The position numbers and the translations under genes were made by a program. A stretch of 64,000 nt of DNA from Verrucomicrobiaceae bacterium (GTDB taxonomy: Bacteria; Verrucomicrobiota; Verrucomicrobiia; Verrucomicrobiales; Akkermansiaceae): assembly GCA_051252135.1 (NCBI GenBank), contig JBPOGH010000004.1, positions 128,001 through 192,000 of the forward strand, given 5' to 3'. Under the pieces are notes generated by a model. The model saw only the letters and a program-made list of their open reading frames with translations, made no database searches and was not told the DNA's origin. Shown one piece after another: positions 9,424 to 20,800 of this stretch. Numbering within the stretch: position 1 is the first letter of the stretch; the number at the start of each line of letters is the position of its first letter.

Positions 9424-10932
9424 ATGATTGAGTCCCCGAAAAAGACCAAGACGTCGGCGAAGACCTCTTCCGAAGAGGTTCGCCTTTCTCCACAACAACT
9501 AGCCGAGTTTGGCTTCAAATCCCCGGGAGTTCAGGGGAAGCATTACGTGCTTGATACGAATGTGCTGTTGCACGATCCGGGGTGCTTGAACCGGTTCCAG
9601 GACAACCATCTGTGCATCCCGACGGATGTTCTTTCCGAGATGGACCGGTTTAAGAACGAGCAGACCGAGCGGGGGGCGAATGCGCGGAAGGTGCACCGTG
9701 AATTGAGTGCGCTCTTTGAGCCGGGCGGGAAGGTGACCGAGGGGGTTCCGACGGATGGAGGGGGGACGATCCGGCTGGTGATTTATGATCCTTCGATGTG
9801 TGAGAAGAGCTCGGCGGAGTTGCAAAAGTTCCATCGGATTTTCCCGGATCGGGAGCGGGTGGATCACCGGATTTTGGCGTGCACCCTTTTGCTGCAAGAG
9901 CACGTGGAGCCGCCGGTGGTTCTGGTGACGAAGGATTTGAATATGCAGTTGAAGGCGCGTGCGGTGGGTATTGCCTGTCAGGATTATCTGAACGATAAGG
10001 TGGATCCGCAGGAAGTGGCGAAGAAGGAAATGTATCGCCTTGAGGTGGATTCCAATGAACTTCAGCGCTTTGCGAGTTCCGGCGAGCTGGAGTTGGATGC
10101 CGAGCGATTGGCAGCGCTGCACATCAATCAATACGTGCTTTTGCAGGCGGGGGAAAAGCAGACGATGCCGGCGCGCCTGGCACCGGGCGGAACGCATGGA
10201 CGATTGGTGCGGCTGATGATTCCCGAGGCGTTGCGGATTCCCGACGGGAAGAGTCTGAAGCCGTTGAATCTGGGTCAGAAGTGCTTTATTGATGCGTTGT
10301 TGAATCCTGAAATTTCGTTGGTGACCTGTTACGGTCAGGCGGGAACGGGCAAGACGCTGGTGGCGATGGCGGCGGGATTGCACGGGGTTTTTCAACGTGA
10401 CTACACGGGGCTGACGGTCTCGCGTCCGGTGGTGGCGATGGGGGATCAGCTGGGATTTTTGCCGGGCTCGCTGGAGGAGAAGATGCGTCCCTGGTTGCAG
10501 CCAATTTATGATGCGCTGGAGCTCTTGATGAGCCCGGAGACTCCGAAGGGACCGAGACGGAAGCGGGCAAACAAGACGGAGGCGCAGGTGAATGCGAAGC
10601 CGTATGATGATTTGCTGGCGCAGGGGATTATCGAGGTGGAGGCTCTGGCTTATATTCGCGGGCGTTCCATTCCGCAGCGTTATTTCATCCTGGATGAGGC
10701 GCAGCAGTTGACGCCGCAGGAGGCGAAGACGGTGGTGACGCGGATGTCGAAGGGATCAAAGCTGGTAATGGTGGGCGATCCCGATCAGATTGATAATCCT
10801 TACGTTGATAGTCGCAGCAATGGTCTTGTATTTACGCGGCAGCGGATGCGGGGCGAACACTTTGCGGCGCATGTGACCCTGACCCGGGGTGAGCGAAGCG
10901 ATCTTGCGGAAGCAGGTGCGCGCCTGATGTAA
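9424..10932 (+). CDS. PIN-domain plus PhoH family ATPase (PhoH2/YlaK-like)
   Basis: YVLDTNVLLHDP PIN domain; GQAGTGKT Walker A; GFLPG, YIRGRS, LDEAQQLT, GDPDQID motifs. Confidence 0.93.
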   Translation: MIESPKKTKTSAKTSSEEVRLSPQQLAEFGFKSPGVQGKHYVLDTNVLLHDPGCLNRFQDNHLCIPTDVLSEMDRFKNEQTERGANARKVHRELSALFEPGGKVTEGVPTDGGGTIRLVIYDPSMCEKSSAELQKFHRIFPDRERVDHRILACTLLLQEHVEPPVVLVTKDLNMQLKARAVGIACQDYLNDKVDPQEVAKKEMYRLEVDSNELQRFASSGELELDAERLAALHINQYVLLQAGEKQTMPARLAPGGTHGRLVRLMIPEALRIPDGKSLKPLNLGQKCFIDALLNPEISLVTCYGQAGTGKTLVAMAAGLHGVFQRDYTGLTVSRPVVAMGDQLGFLPGSLEEKMRPWLQPIYDALELLMSPETPKGPRRKRANKTEAQVNAKPYDDLLAQGIIEVEALAYIRGRSIPQRYFILDEAQQLTPQEAKTVVTRMSKGSKLVMVGDPDQIDNPYVDSRSNGLVFTRQRMRGEHFAAHVTLTRGERSDLAEAGARLM

Positions 10933-10964
10933 GTTTTGGGCATTTTTGAACGTCCTTCTCCTTG

Positions 10965-11537
10965 ATGAATCGACTTTTCCTCATTGGCTTCGCTTTACTG
11001 GCGGGGTGTGGTGCTCCGCGTCAAGCGGCGCCACCGGCGTGGGGACCTGCGGTTTCGAACGAGCTGCGGGCGCTGGGTTTCGGCAACTGGATCATTGTGG
11101 CGGAGGCATCGTTTCCGGTGCATTCGGGGCGCGGGGTGCGCACGGTGGTGGTGGATGCGGAAATTCCGGAGGTGGTGGATTACATCGTGGATAGCTACGA
11201 CCATTCCGAGAATGTGCGGCCGGGGTTCAACACGGCAAGGGAGTTGCCCTTTGTGGAGAATGACCGGGCCCCGGGGGTGGATGAATTTCGCAAGCGGCTG
11301 CAGGAGGCGCTGCATGGAAACGAAGTGCGGGAGATGGATCACCGGTCGCTGGCGCTTCTGGCGCAGAATAATTCGGGAAAATTTGCGGTGCTGGTCTTGA
11401 AAACGAGGACGACTCTGCCTTACTCGAACGTCTTCATCGAACTGGACACCGGCTATTGGGATCGCGAATCCGATGATGCGCTGCGTGAGACGATGAGGAA
11501 GGCCCGTGAGCAGGCTCCTACGGTTACCGAGCAATGA
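10965..11537 (+). CDS. RbsD/FucU-like domain lipoprotein
   Basis: Lipobox LLAGC; LGFGNWIIVAEASFP and TTLPYSNVFIEL resemble RbsD motifs. Confidence 0.65.
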   Translation: MNRLFLIGFALLAGCGAPRQAAPPAWGPAVSNELRALGFGNWIIVAEASFPVHSGRGVRTVVVDAEIPEVVDYIVDSYDHSENVRPGFNTARELPFVENDRAPGVDEFRKRLQEALHGNEVREMDHRSLALLAQNNSGKFAVLVLKTRTTLPYSNVFIELDTGYWDRESDDALRETMRKAREQAPTVTEQ

Positions 11538-11842
11538 AAGCTGATCTAGAAAAACTAAACCGCGAGCGTGAAGAGGCTTGGGTGGGTGATGCCGTATTGG
11601 CGCTGTATGTCCGTGAATGGTTATTGCGGGAGAAGGGGAAGATTGATGGGGAGGCGTTCATTCGATTTAGCTCGAACGATTTTTTAAGGATCGTGGGGAA
11701 TCCGACCTCGGTTGAGGCGGAGATTGGCCGTATTTACCAGGAAGGTGGCTTGCAGGCGGGCTTTGACCATATTGAGGCGAAGCTGCTTCCGTTGTTTGTG
11801 CAGCGGGAGAAAGTGCGGGCGCGGCAGAATTCGCGGAGGTAG
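11534..11842 (+). CDS. Minimal RNase III domain protein
   Basis: EEAWVGDAVLALYVRE signature, SND, SVEAEIG; 102 aa with no dsRNA-binding domain. Confidence 0.75.
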   Translation: MKADLEKLNREREEAWVGDAVLALYVREWLLREKGKIDGEAFIRFSSNDFLRIVGNPTSVEAEIGRIYQEGGLQAGFDHIEAKLLPLFVQREKVRARQNSRR

Positions 11843-11850
11843 CTGCCCGG

Positions 11851-12426
11851 CTAGGGCATATTGAGGGGTTCGAAGCCGCCTTGGGTGGCGGATTTTTTGT
11901 GGTTGGCGACCTGGAGAACGCCGACAACGGTGCCGAGGCGGGGGCTGTAGATGGGGGAGCCGCTCATGCCTCCGGCGGAGAAGGGGCGGGAGGTCTTGAA
12001 CATGTATCGGAATTGCCCGCCCTGCGGGGTGAGGGCGATGGTGGCAGGGATTTTTTTGCTTCTGTTGAGGATGAAGACCCGGTCGCCGATTTGGAGTTCG
12101 GTTTCGCCGGTGTAGGGGAGGGCGTTGGAGGTGTCGAGCGAGGGCGCGGTGTAGGTCCAGACCTGGAGGTCGTTTTGGGTGTGGACGCGTTTTTTGAGGA
12201 CGAGGGCGCCTTTTTCGTCGGGGAGTTTGAGTTGTCCGCCGGGAGCGGTTCCGCCCTGGTGGATGGAGCAGGCGAGGTAGAGGTTGCCTTTGTGCTGGAA
12301 GTGGAAGTAGGCGCCGGGGAGGGTGAGGTGGTGGATGGTGGCGTAGGTGGGGACGCCGGATTGGCGCGGTGTTTCCCGGGAGCAGGAGGCGAGGAGAAGG
12401 AGGAGCGGAAGGAGGACCTTTAACAT
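11851..12426 (-). CDS. Lipoprotein with trypsin-like protease features
   Basis: Lipobox LASC; ACSIH, NDL and GGMSGSPIY resemble a His/Asp/Ser triad. Confidence 0.55.
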   Translation of the reverse strand: MLKVLLPLLLLLASCSRETPRQSGVPTYATIHHLTLPGAYFHFQHKGNLYLACSIHQGGTAPGGQLKLPDEKGALVLKKRVHTQNDLQVWTYTAPSLDTSNALPYTGETELQIGDRVFILNRSKKIPATIALTPQGGQFRYMFKTSRPFSAGGMSGSPIYSPRLGTVVGVLQVANHKKSATQGGFEPLNMP

Positions 12427-12456
12427 CGGGGGCAGGGTGGCATAGGGGTGGGCAAA

Positions 12457-12491
12457 AGAAAAGGACTCGGGCGCGGGGCCGGAGTCCTTTT
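12457..12491. terminator. Intrinsic terminator hairpin after leuB, possibly bidirectional
   Basis: AAAAGGACTCGG-GCGCGGGG-CCGGAGTCCTTTT. Confidence 0.65.
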
Positions 12492-12575
12492 AAAGATGGG
12501 AGTTCTTGGTTGATCAGCGGCGGGGGCGCCGCGGCTCTTTTGTTGAACGGGGCAGGATGCCCCGGCTCCTTTGTG

Positions 12576-13688
<1,113 letters not shown>

Positions 13689-13783
13689 TTAGGGGGAAAT
13701 GGCGGGATTTGCAAGATGTTGCGAGAGAATGGGGTGAGGAAGGAGAGGGGCATGGTGGCGACGATCTTTCGATACACCCGGAG

Positions 13784-15664
13784 ATGATTCGACGTATTGA
13801 TCTGATGCAGTTTCGAGATTTGGTGTGCGTGGGTTGGCTTTTCTTTAGTTTTTCGGGGGTGCTGGGGGCGCAGAAGATGCCGAAGGAGGATGTGGTGGAA
13901 GTGCCGGCGGTGGGGGAAGGGCTTTCGGTTCACAATTTGTTTCAATCGAAGATGGTGATTCAGCGGGACAAGCCGGTGGCGCTTTGGGGGTGGGCAGAGG
14001 CAGGAGTGGAGGTGAAGGTGACGATGAAGGGGCGAAGTGAGATGGTGAAGGCCGGGGGTGATCGGTTGTGGCGGGTGACATTTCCGGCGATGCCGGCGAG
14101 CGGGGAAGCGATGAGCATTTTGGTGGAGAGTGGAGGCGAGAAGGTGACGCTGGAGAATGTGTTGGTGGGGGATGTTTGGATTTTGGGTGGGCAGAGCAAT
14201 ATGGAGTTTCCGTTGTCGAAGGTGGAGAACGGGAATCTGGAGATTGTTTCGGCGAACTATCCGGAGATTCGGATTTTGACGGTGCCGGTGAAGGCGGGGC
14301 CGGAGGTGGCGAGGTCATTTGCGCGCTTGCATGAGTGGAGCAGCTGGTTCGGGCAACATTTCCGGAAGGGGGATTGGGATGTGTGCACGCCGGAGATTGC
14401 GCGGGAGTTATCGGCGATTGGTTATGTCTTTGCGCGTCGGGTTCATATGGCGAGTCAGGTGCCGATTGGGGTGATTGATATTTCGCGGGGTGGGACGACG
14501 GTGGAGACGTGGACGCCCGAGGAGGTGCTGCGGGGGATGGAAGACGAGACGGTGAAGGGGCTGCTTGAGGAGTGGGATACGAAAGTGAGTGAGTGGGATG
14601 CGCAGGCGGATCTGGAGAACCGGATCGAGCGGCACCATCAGTGGGTGGAGCGGATGACGAAGGAGGGGAAGAGGACGGATGGGCGGGAGTTGCCGACGGA
14701 CCTTCGGCCGGGGCCGCTTTATGATGCGAACCGTCCGGGGAATTGTTTTGCGGGGATGGTGGGGCCGATCAAGGGGTTGGCGGTGAAGGGGGCGATCTTC
14801 CACCAGGGGTATAACAATTGCTTTAAGGGGACGGAGGGAGCGGTGATGTATCGGGCGATTTTTCCGAAGATGATTGAGGCGTGGAGGGGGGCTTTCAATG
14901 ATGCGGAGATGCCCTTTGGGATTCTTTCGTTGTGCACGGACGGGACGAAGCAGACTTTGGAAAATTACAGTGAGTTGATGGGGAATGCGGGGCCGTTGAT
15001 TCGGGAGGCGCAGTATCAGACTTATCTGGATTTGGTGGAATCAGGAGATGAGAATGTTGGGTTCACGAGCACTTATGATCTGAGGCGTCGCTGGTATCAT
15101 CCGCAGCTGAAAGTTCCGGCGGGTGAGCGGATTGCGCGGTGGGCGCTGGTGAGTGAGTATGGCATGGAGAAGGAGCTTCGCTGGAAACCGCCGGTGCTTC
15201 GTGAAATGAAGAGGACGAAGGGAGGTCTTGTTTTGGAAATGAGCGAAGAGGTGAGTGGAGTGGATGATGGGGGGGTGATCGAGGGCTTTGCGATCGCGGG
15301 GGAGGACCGGAAGTTTCACCCGGCGAGAGCGGATCATTTGGAGATTCAGAAGAACGGGCAGGGGAAGCCCCAGAAGGAGAGGAAGATGATTCTTCTGAGC
15401 AGTGCGATGGTTCCTGATCCGGTGCATTTTCGCTACGCGTGGGGACGGAATCCGATGGGGAATTTGCAGGCGCATCACAATACAGACATTCCGTTTGCAA
15501 CGCAGCGGAGTGACGACTGGCCGATGGAGGAAGTGCTGGTTGAGGCCGGGGACGGGACGCTGAAGATCGAGCGCTTTGAGGGGAGGAAGTTGCAGGCGAT
15601 GCTTCGGAGAGAGGATGAAGCGCGGCGAGTGAGGGAAGCGGAAATGATGATTGAGGGGCAATAA
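13784..15664 (+). CDS. Secreted sialate O-acetylesterase (SASA/SGNH family)
   Basis: MVIQRDKP, GDVWILGGQSNME, FHQGYNN, WYHPQLK, RYAWGRNP motifs. Confidence 0.85.
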   Translation: MIRRIDLMQFRDLVCVGWLFFSFSGVLGAQKMPKEDVVEVPAVGEGLSVHNLFQSKMVIQRDKPVALWGWAEAGVEVKVTMKGRSEMVKAGGDRLWRVTFPAMPASGEAMSILVESGGEKVTLENVLVGDVWILGGQSNMEFPLSKVENGNLEIVSANYPEIRILTVPVKAGPEVARSFARLHEWSSWFGQHFRKGDWDVCTPEIARELSAIGYVFARRVHMASQVPIGVIDISRGGTTVETWTPEEVLRGMEDETVKGLLEEWDTKVSEWDAQADLENRIERHHQWVERMTKEGKRTDGRELPTDLRPGPLYDANRPGNCFAGMVGPIKGLAVKGAIFHQGYNNCFKGTEGAVMYRAIFPKMIEAWRGAFNDAEMPFGILSLCTDGTKQTLENYSELMGNAGPLIREAQYQTYLDLVESGDENVGFTSTYDLRRRWYHPQLKVPAGERIARWALVSEYGMEKELRWKPPVLREMKRTKGGLVLEMSEEVSGVDDGGVIEGFAIAGEDRKFHPARADHLEIQKNGQGKPQKERKMILLSSAMVPDPVHFRYAWGRNPMGNLQAHHNTDIPFATQRSDDWPMEEVLVEAGDGTLKIERFEGRKLQAMLRREDEARRVREAEMMIEGQ

Positions 15665-15868
15665 TACCACTCCGAGTTCCAAAATAGCGGAATGTTTGTT
15701 TTAAGGGCTCATTTTTGAACAGCACTGTGTGGAGTTGATCAAGCCGAGCGCTTTCTTGAGATAGCGGCGTTTTTCCTCGGTTGTGGTCTCCAGACCACGC
15801 CCTCGTCATGCCTTGCTCTCTCAAGAAATCACTTCGGCATTCCGCTATTTTGAAACTCTACTTGGTAT
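15664..15868. mobile_element. MITE/ERIC-like miniature inverted-repeat element, 205 bp
   Basis: 31-bp terminal inverted repeats matching 26/31 (ATACCACTCCGAGTTCCAAAATAGCGGAATG and its counterpart at 15838-15868), plus an inner IR TTTCTTGAGA/TCTCAAGAAA; no ORF. Confidence 0.75.
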
Positions 15869-15903
15869 AAAAACCCCGGACCACTGGAGAGCGGGCCGGG
15901 GCT
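15868..15903 (-). terminator. Intrinsic terminator of the HMA selenoprotein candidate
   Basis: Minus strand CCCCGGCCC-loop-GGTCCGGGG followed by TTTTTA, about 23 nt after the TAA at 15926. Confidence 0.75.
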
Positions 15904-15925
15904 AAAAGTTGATTTTTTGAGGAGG

Positions 15926-16264
15926 TTATGAAGCCTTCTCGGTGGCACCAAATCCCTTCTTTTTGAGGGCTTCGATCAAGTCATCAACTTTCACCGAATC
16001 GGCGGCCGTGACGACTGTTTCTGCATTGGTTCCCTCTTTGGGACCGACTTTGACCTTGGAGACACCTTTGACGCTTTTAAGTGCAGCCTGCACTTTTTTT
16101 GGACATCCAGCGGCTCATTTAAGGCCCGTCACTTCAAGAGTGACGGTTTTTTCATCGGCTGCGACGACCTCGGGGGCCGTGGTCGCACCGATCACAGCAG
16201 GAGCCGCAAGAGCTCCAACCGTCAGGGCTACCGAGGCAGCCAGCATAGTGGTAATGGTTTTCAT
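15926..16264 (-). CDS. Secreted HMA/MerP-like domain protein, probable selenoprotein (UGA at codon 50, U-x3-C motif), 112 aa
   Basis: Read-through of TGA at 16115-16117 gives MKTITTMLAASVALTVGALAA...KTVTLEVTGLK-U-AAGCPKKVQAALKSVKGVSKVKV...VKVDDLIEALKKKGFGATEKAS*, a complete HMA fold; hairpin downstream of the UGA. Confidence 0.75.
16079..16095 (-). promoter_or_regulatory. Candidate bacterial SECIS element (apical hairpin)
   Basis: mRNA AAGUGCA-GGC-UGCACUU, a 7-bp stem with a G-initiated loop starting 26 nt after the UGA. Confidence 0.55.
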
Positions 16265-16368
16265 TTTACTTAATTGTTGTGGACGGGAAATGATTTCTCC
16301 ATCCATCGGAGAGTTAAGCATAAATGTGGCGTAAGTGCCTAAGGGTTATTTATTCCCGGAAAGTTGGG

Positions 16369-17754
16369 TTATTTTGCCTTGGTGCGGAAATCGCCGCCGA
16401 GGGCGAGGTGGAGGTCGATGCGGTTCTGGAGGCGGAGATTGCGGAGGCGGATGAGGGAGGCGCGGGCGTTCTCGGCCCGGCGTTGGGCTTCGAGGTATTC
16501 GAGGAAGGAGGCGCCTTCGATTCCGAGGGTGATGTCATTGAGGGCGCGTTTTTCGGCGCGGTTGGATTGTTCGACTTCGGTCTCGAGGAATCCTTCCTGT
16601 TCGAGGAGGGAGCGGTCGGCGGCGAGGGCGGACTCGACCTCCCGGAAGGCAGTGAGGGCGATGCGGGCGTAGTCGTGAATCTCAGCCTTGTTGCGCTGGA
16701 GGGCGGCGCGGGCTTGGGCGGAGGGAGCGCCGCCGCGGTAGATTGTTTGGGCGAGGGAGGAGGCGGCGGAGTAGACGAGGTAGTTGGGATCGAAGGCGCG
16801 GCGGATTCCGGAGTCACCATTTGAGGCGCTTCCGGTGAGGGTGAGTGAGGGGAGGAGGTCTTTGCGTGCGGACTCGGCGCGTTGGGCGGAGGCGTAGAGG
16901 TCTGCGCGGGCGGCCTGGAGATCGGGGCGGCGGGCGAGGAGGTCGGAGGGGAGTCCGGCGGGGATGGTCTTGGCGAGAGTGGGGAGGGTGCTGGAGGAGG
17001 CGACGGTGGCGGAGGGGTAGCGGCCGAGGAGGACCTCGAGGGAGCGGGCGGCGTCGTCGCGATCGAGCTGGCGGGAGCGGAGGGTTCGTTCGGCGCTGGC
17101 GATGTTATTGCGGGCGAACTGGACGTCTACGGCGCGGAGGGTTTGGGCCTTGTAGCGGCGTTCGACGACGGGGAGGGCTTTGCGGTAGGATTCGACGGTG
17201 CGTTCGGCGAGGTCGAGCTGGCGTTCGGCGGTGACGAGATTGCACCAGGCGCGGGCGGTGTTGGCGGCGAGGGAGAGGCGAGCGCCCCGGAAGTCGGCGA
17301 GGGTGGCGGCGTAGTCTGCGCGGCTGGCGCGCTCGATATTGCGGAGGCGGCCCCAGAGGTCGGCTTCCCAGCTGGCATTGAGGGAGAGGGAGTAGTTCTC
17401 GCTGGTGGCGTCATTTTTTCCCCCGCTGCGGCGGTAGGAGGTGGAGGAGCTGACGGAGGGGAGGCGGTTGGACTTGCCGATGATGGTGCCTTCTTTGGCG
17501 GCGCGGAGGCGGTAGCCGGCGGCTTTGAGGTCGTGATTATGAGCGAGGGCCTCGTCGACGAGCCTGGTCATGCGCGAGTCGCTGAATTCGTTGAGCCAGC
17601 CGGTGGAGATTTTGGCATTTTGGCCGGAACGGGCGGCGGCGAAGACGGCGGGAGTTTCGATGCTTGAGGTGGCGACGGCCTGGGGCCCTTTGAGGGCTTC
17701 ACATCCGGTGAGGGCGAAGGTGAGGAGGGTGAGCGCGAAGCAGGGGCGGATCAT
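16369..17754 (-). CDS. TolC/NodT-family efflux outer membrane lipoprotein
   Basis: Lipobox LTGC; W...FSD...LVDEALAHNHDL, SWEADLWGRL, PSDLLARRPDLQAA, LHLALGGDF. Confidence 0.93.
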   Translation of the reverse strand: MIRPCFALTLLTFALTGCEALKGPQAVATSSIETPAVFAAARSGQNAKISTGWLNEFSDSRMTRLVDEALAHNHDLKAAGYRLRAAKEGTIIGKSNRLPSVSSSTSYRRSGGKNDATSENYSLSLNASWEADLWGRLRNIERASRADYAATLADFRGARLSLAANTARAWCNLVTAERQLDLAERTVESYRKALPVVERRYKAQTLRAVDVQFARNNIASAERTLRSRQLDRDDAARSLEVLLGRYPSATVASSSTLPTLAKTIPAGLPSDLLARRPDLQAARADLYASAQRAESARKDLLPSLTLTGSASNGDSGIRRAFDPNYLVYSAASSLAQTIYRGGAPSAQARAALQRNKAEIHDYARIALTAFREVESALAADRSLLEQEGFLETEVEQSNRAEKRALNDITLGIEGASFLEYLEAQRRAENARASLIRLRNLRLQNRIDLHLALGGDFRTKAK

Positions 17755-17802
17755 GTGGTGGGTAGATTAACGATCCTTTACGTGCCTGCAAGGCAGGGGC
17801 TC

Positions 17803-20800
17803 TCACTTTTTCTCCTGGGAGCGGTAGATGGGTTTGGGAAGGTTCCGTGATTTTTCGGTGACTTCCTGTTTGAGGACTTCGATGGCTCTTTGGAGTTGGG
17901 GGTCGCGGCCGGAGGGGAGGTCGTTGGGGGAGAGGTCGACGATGTGGTGCGGGACGGCGCCGTGGAGTTCCATGTCCTGGCCGTCGTTGACGAGGAACCA
18001 GCCGCGGAAGGGGAGGCGCATGCGGCCGAGGCCGAGGATGTTGGTGGATCCGGTGGAGATGACGCCGCCGGCGGTGGGGATGCCGATGAGCTTGCCGCGG
18101 TTGAGGTTTTTGATGGCGTGGGAGAAGATCTCGGCGTTGGAGAAAGAGTTTTCGTTACAGAGGACGACGATGGGTTTGTGCCAGGAGGCGTAGACCTGGC
18201 GGTCCTGGGGGTATCCGGGGTTGCCATTACGCGGGACGGTGAAGGCGTGGCGGGGTTGGGTGAGGGCGGTGAGGAGGTGGTCGGCGGTGAAGCCGCCTCC
18301 GTTATCCCGGACGTCGATGATGAGGCCGTCCTTGCCGGCGCCGCGCTCGTAGAGGTGGTGTTCGAATTCCTCGAATTCCTCCCAGGCCATGCGGGCGACG
18401 TGGAGGTAGCCGAGTTTGTGTTCGGTTTGGGTTTCGACGGTTTGAAGGTTTTGATCGAGGCGGGCGCTGTGGGCGAGGGCGCGGGCCTGGCCGAAGGAGA
18501 TGGGGCGGATGGTGACTTCCCGTGGGTCGGCGTCACCTTTTTTGAGGGTGAGGCGGATGTCGCGATCGAGGCGTCCGGTGAGGACGGTGGTGAGGGGGGT
18601 GTCGGAGCGGAGGCGTTGGCCATCGATGGCGATGATGCGCTCGCCTACTTCGAGATGGCTCTGTGGTCGGTCGGCGGGGCCGTTGGGAAGTACGGAAGTG
18701 ATCGTACGAGCGGAGTCGAGGGTGACGCCGAGGTGGGGGGTGTAATTTCTCCAGGCGGCGCGGTAGGTCCACTCGTTTGGCCAGGGATTGGGGTAGAATC
18801 CGAGGTGGGATCCGTTGAGCTCTCCGAGGAGGAGGGCCATGACACGGCCGTAGATCATTTTGGTGGGGGCTTTGGCGGCGGCGAGCTCGTATTTGGTGCG
18901 GACGTGGTCCCAATCGCGGTGGTTGAGGGCGGGATCGTAGTAGGTGTCGCGCATGGTGCGCCAGGCGAAGCGGAAGCCGATGCGCTGGTAGTCCTCGCGC
19001 TTGCGGGCGAAGGGGATGGAGAAGGAGTATTTGGTGAGGCGTCCTTTGTAGAATTGGGCGGGGACTCCTCCGGAGACGACGTAGATGCGCTCGTTATCCT
19101 TGAAGCGGATGATGGTGCCGGTGCCCTGGATGGCGGTGGCGGGTTTGGCTCCGGCCTTGGCCTCGACGCGGTAGATGGAGCCGTTGGTCTGGAAGGAGAG
19201 GTATTTGGAGTCGGGCATCCAGTGGAGGCTGCCGGGTGAGAGTCCATTAAGGGGGATGCGCTGGATGCGGCGGTGGATGTCCTGGAAGTCGATGACGGGT
19301 TCCTTGGCTTCTTCTTTTTCGGCGGGCTTTTGTTCGTCTTTCTTTTCGGCCTCAGGTTGGGCTTCAACGGCCTTCTTTTTGCCGTCGCCTTTTTCTTCTT
19401 TGGCTTCCTCTTTTTTGGGCTGCTCTTCTTTTTTTGGTTCGGCCTTTTTCTTTTCGTCGGGTTTGTAGAGGGGGTCCCGGGTCATGGTTTTTTTGGCGGA
19501 CTCGAGGCGTTTGTCGCGGTCGCTGGTGAAGTGGGAGTTTTCCTTGAGGTGGACGAAGAAGAGGTCGGTGGCGGTTGAGTGGCGGCGGCCGACGAAGGCG
19601 AGGATTTTGCCATCGGGCGACCAGCGGGGTGAGTATTCGTTATCGGGGTGGCGGGAGACGTTGACGGGGTCGCTCTTTCCATCGGTGGCGATGATGTAGA
19701 TGTCGTTGTTGAAATTTTGGTCGGCGACGGCGTAGGCGAGGTGCAGGCCGTCGGGTGACCAGACGTAGTCGGGCGAGTCCCAGCCTTCGAGGAGCTTGCG
19801 GGGTTCGGATCCATCGGGCTTGGCGATCCAGAGGGTGCCGGGGTATTCGACGTAGGAGATGAGGTCGCCCTTGGGGCTGAGGCGGAAAGAGGATTTGGTG
19901 GCGGGGCCTTTGGTGACGGGGTGGTGGTGGAATTGGTCGGCGGTCCACCAGAAGTCTTTTTTGTTTTGCTTGGACATGCGCCAGTAGTTGGCGGTGATGC
20001 CGTTGTCTTTGAGGTAGTAGAGGTGGTCGCCTTTTTCGCTGAAGTAGATATCCGACTCATAGGCGGGGGAGTCGGTGAGGCGGCGGGGTTCCTTGAGGAC
20101 GGTGTCCATGGCCCAGATTTCGCCCTCGGCGACGAAGGCCCATTCGAGGCCGCTGGGGGTGACGGTGGCGTCATTTGTGGAACGGATGGAGAGGGTTTCG
20201 TGCTCCGGGTGAGGGAGGGTGGCGCGGTGGAAGAGGCGGATTTTTTCGGGCTTGGATCCGGGTTTGGTAGCGAGGGAGTAGAGGTCGAGGAGGTGGCGGA
20301 AGACGAGGGTGGATCCATCACCGGAGACTTGGGGGGCGAAGACGCTGTCGTTCGGGAATTCGGTGAGTTGGCGGTCGTGTTTTTCGCCGAAGCGGTGTTG
20401 CCAGATGTTGAAGGCGCCGCTGCGGGAGGTGACGTAGTAGAAGGAGAGGCCATCGGGAGCCCAGACGGGGTAGCGGCAGCCGGAGGGGTCGGAGACGGGT
20501 TCTTCGAAGGTTTTGTGTTTGAGATCGTAGAGCCAGATGCGGGAGTGTTGGGAGCCGTGGTAGCCTTTTCGGTAGGTGGGTGCGCCGCCGCGGACGAGGA
20601 GGACGAAGCGGCCGTCGGGGGAGTAACGGCCGTCCTTGGCGGTGGCATCGAAGAGGAGGGATTCGTCCTTGGTGGAATCGAAGGGTTTTTCGAGGAGGCG
20701 GGTGGGCCGGCGTCCGGCGTGGTCGCGCTCGCCGCTGACGAGGAGAGTATCCTTTTGGGGGTGGAGGTCTTCGAGGAGGTTGCCCTCGGTGTGGAAGGTG

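Noticed and set aside
15942..16334. Plus-strand 130-aa ORF over the HMA gene
   Set aside because: Antisense shadow; the minus-strand reading has the signal peptide, HMA motif and terminator
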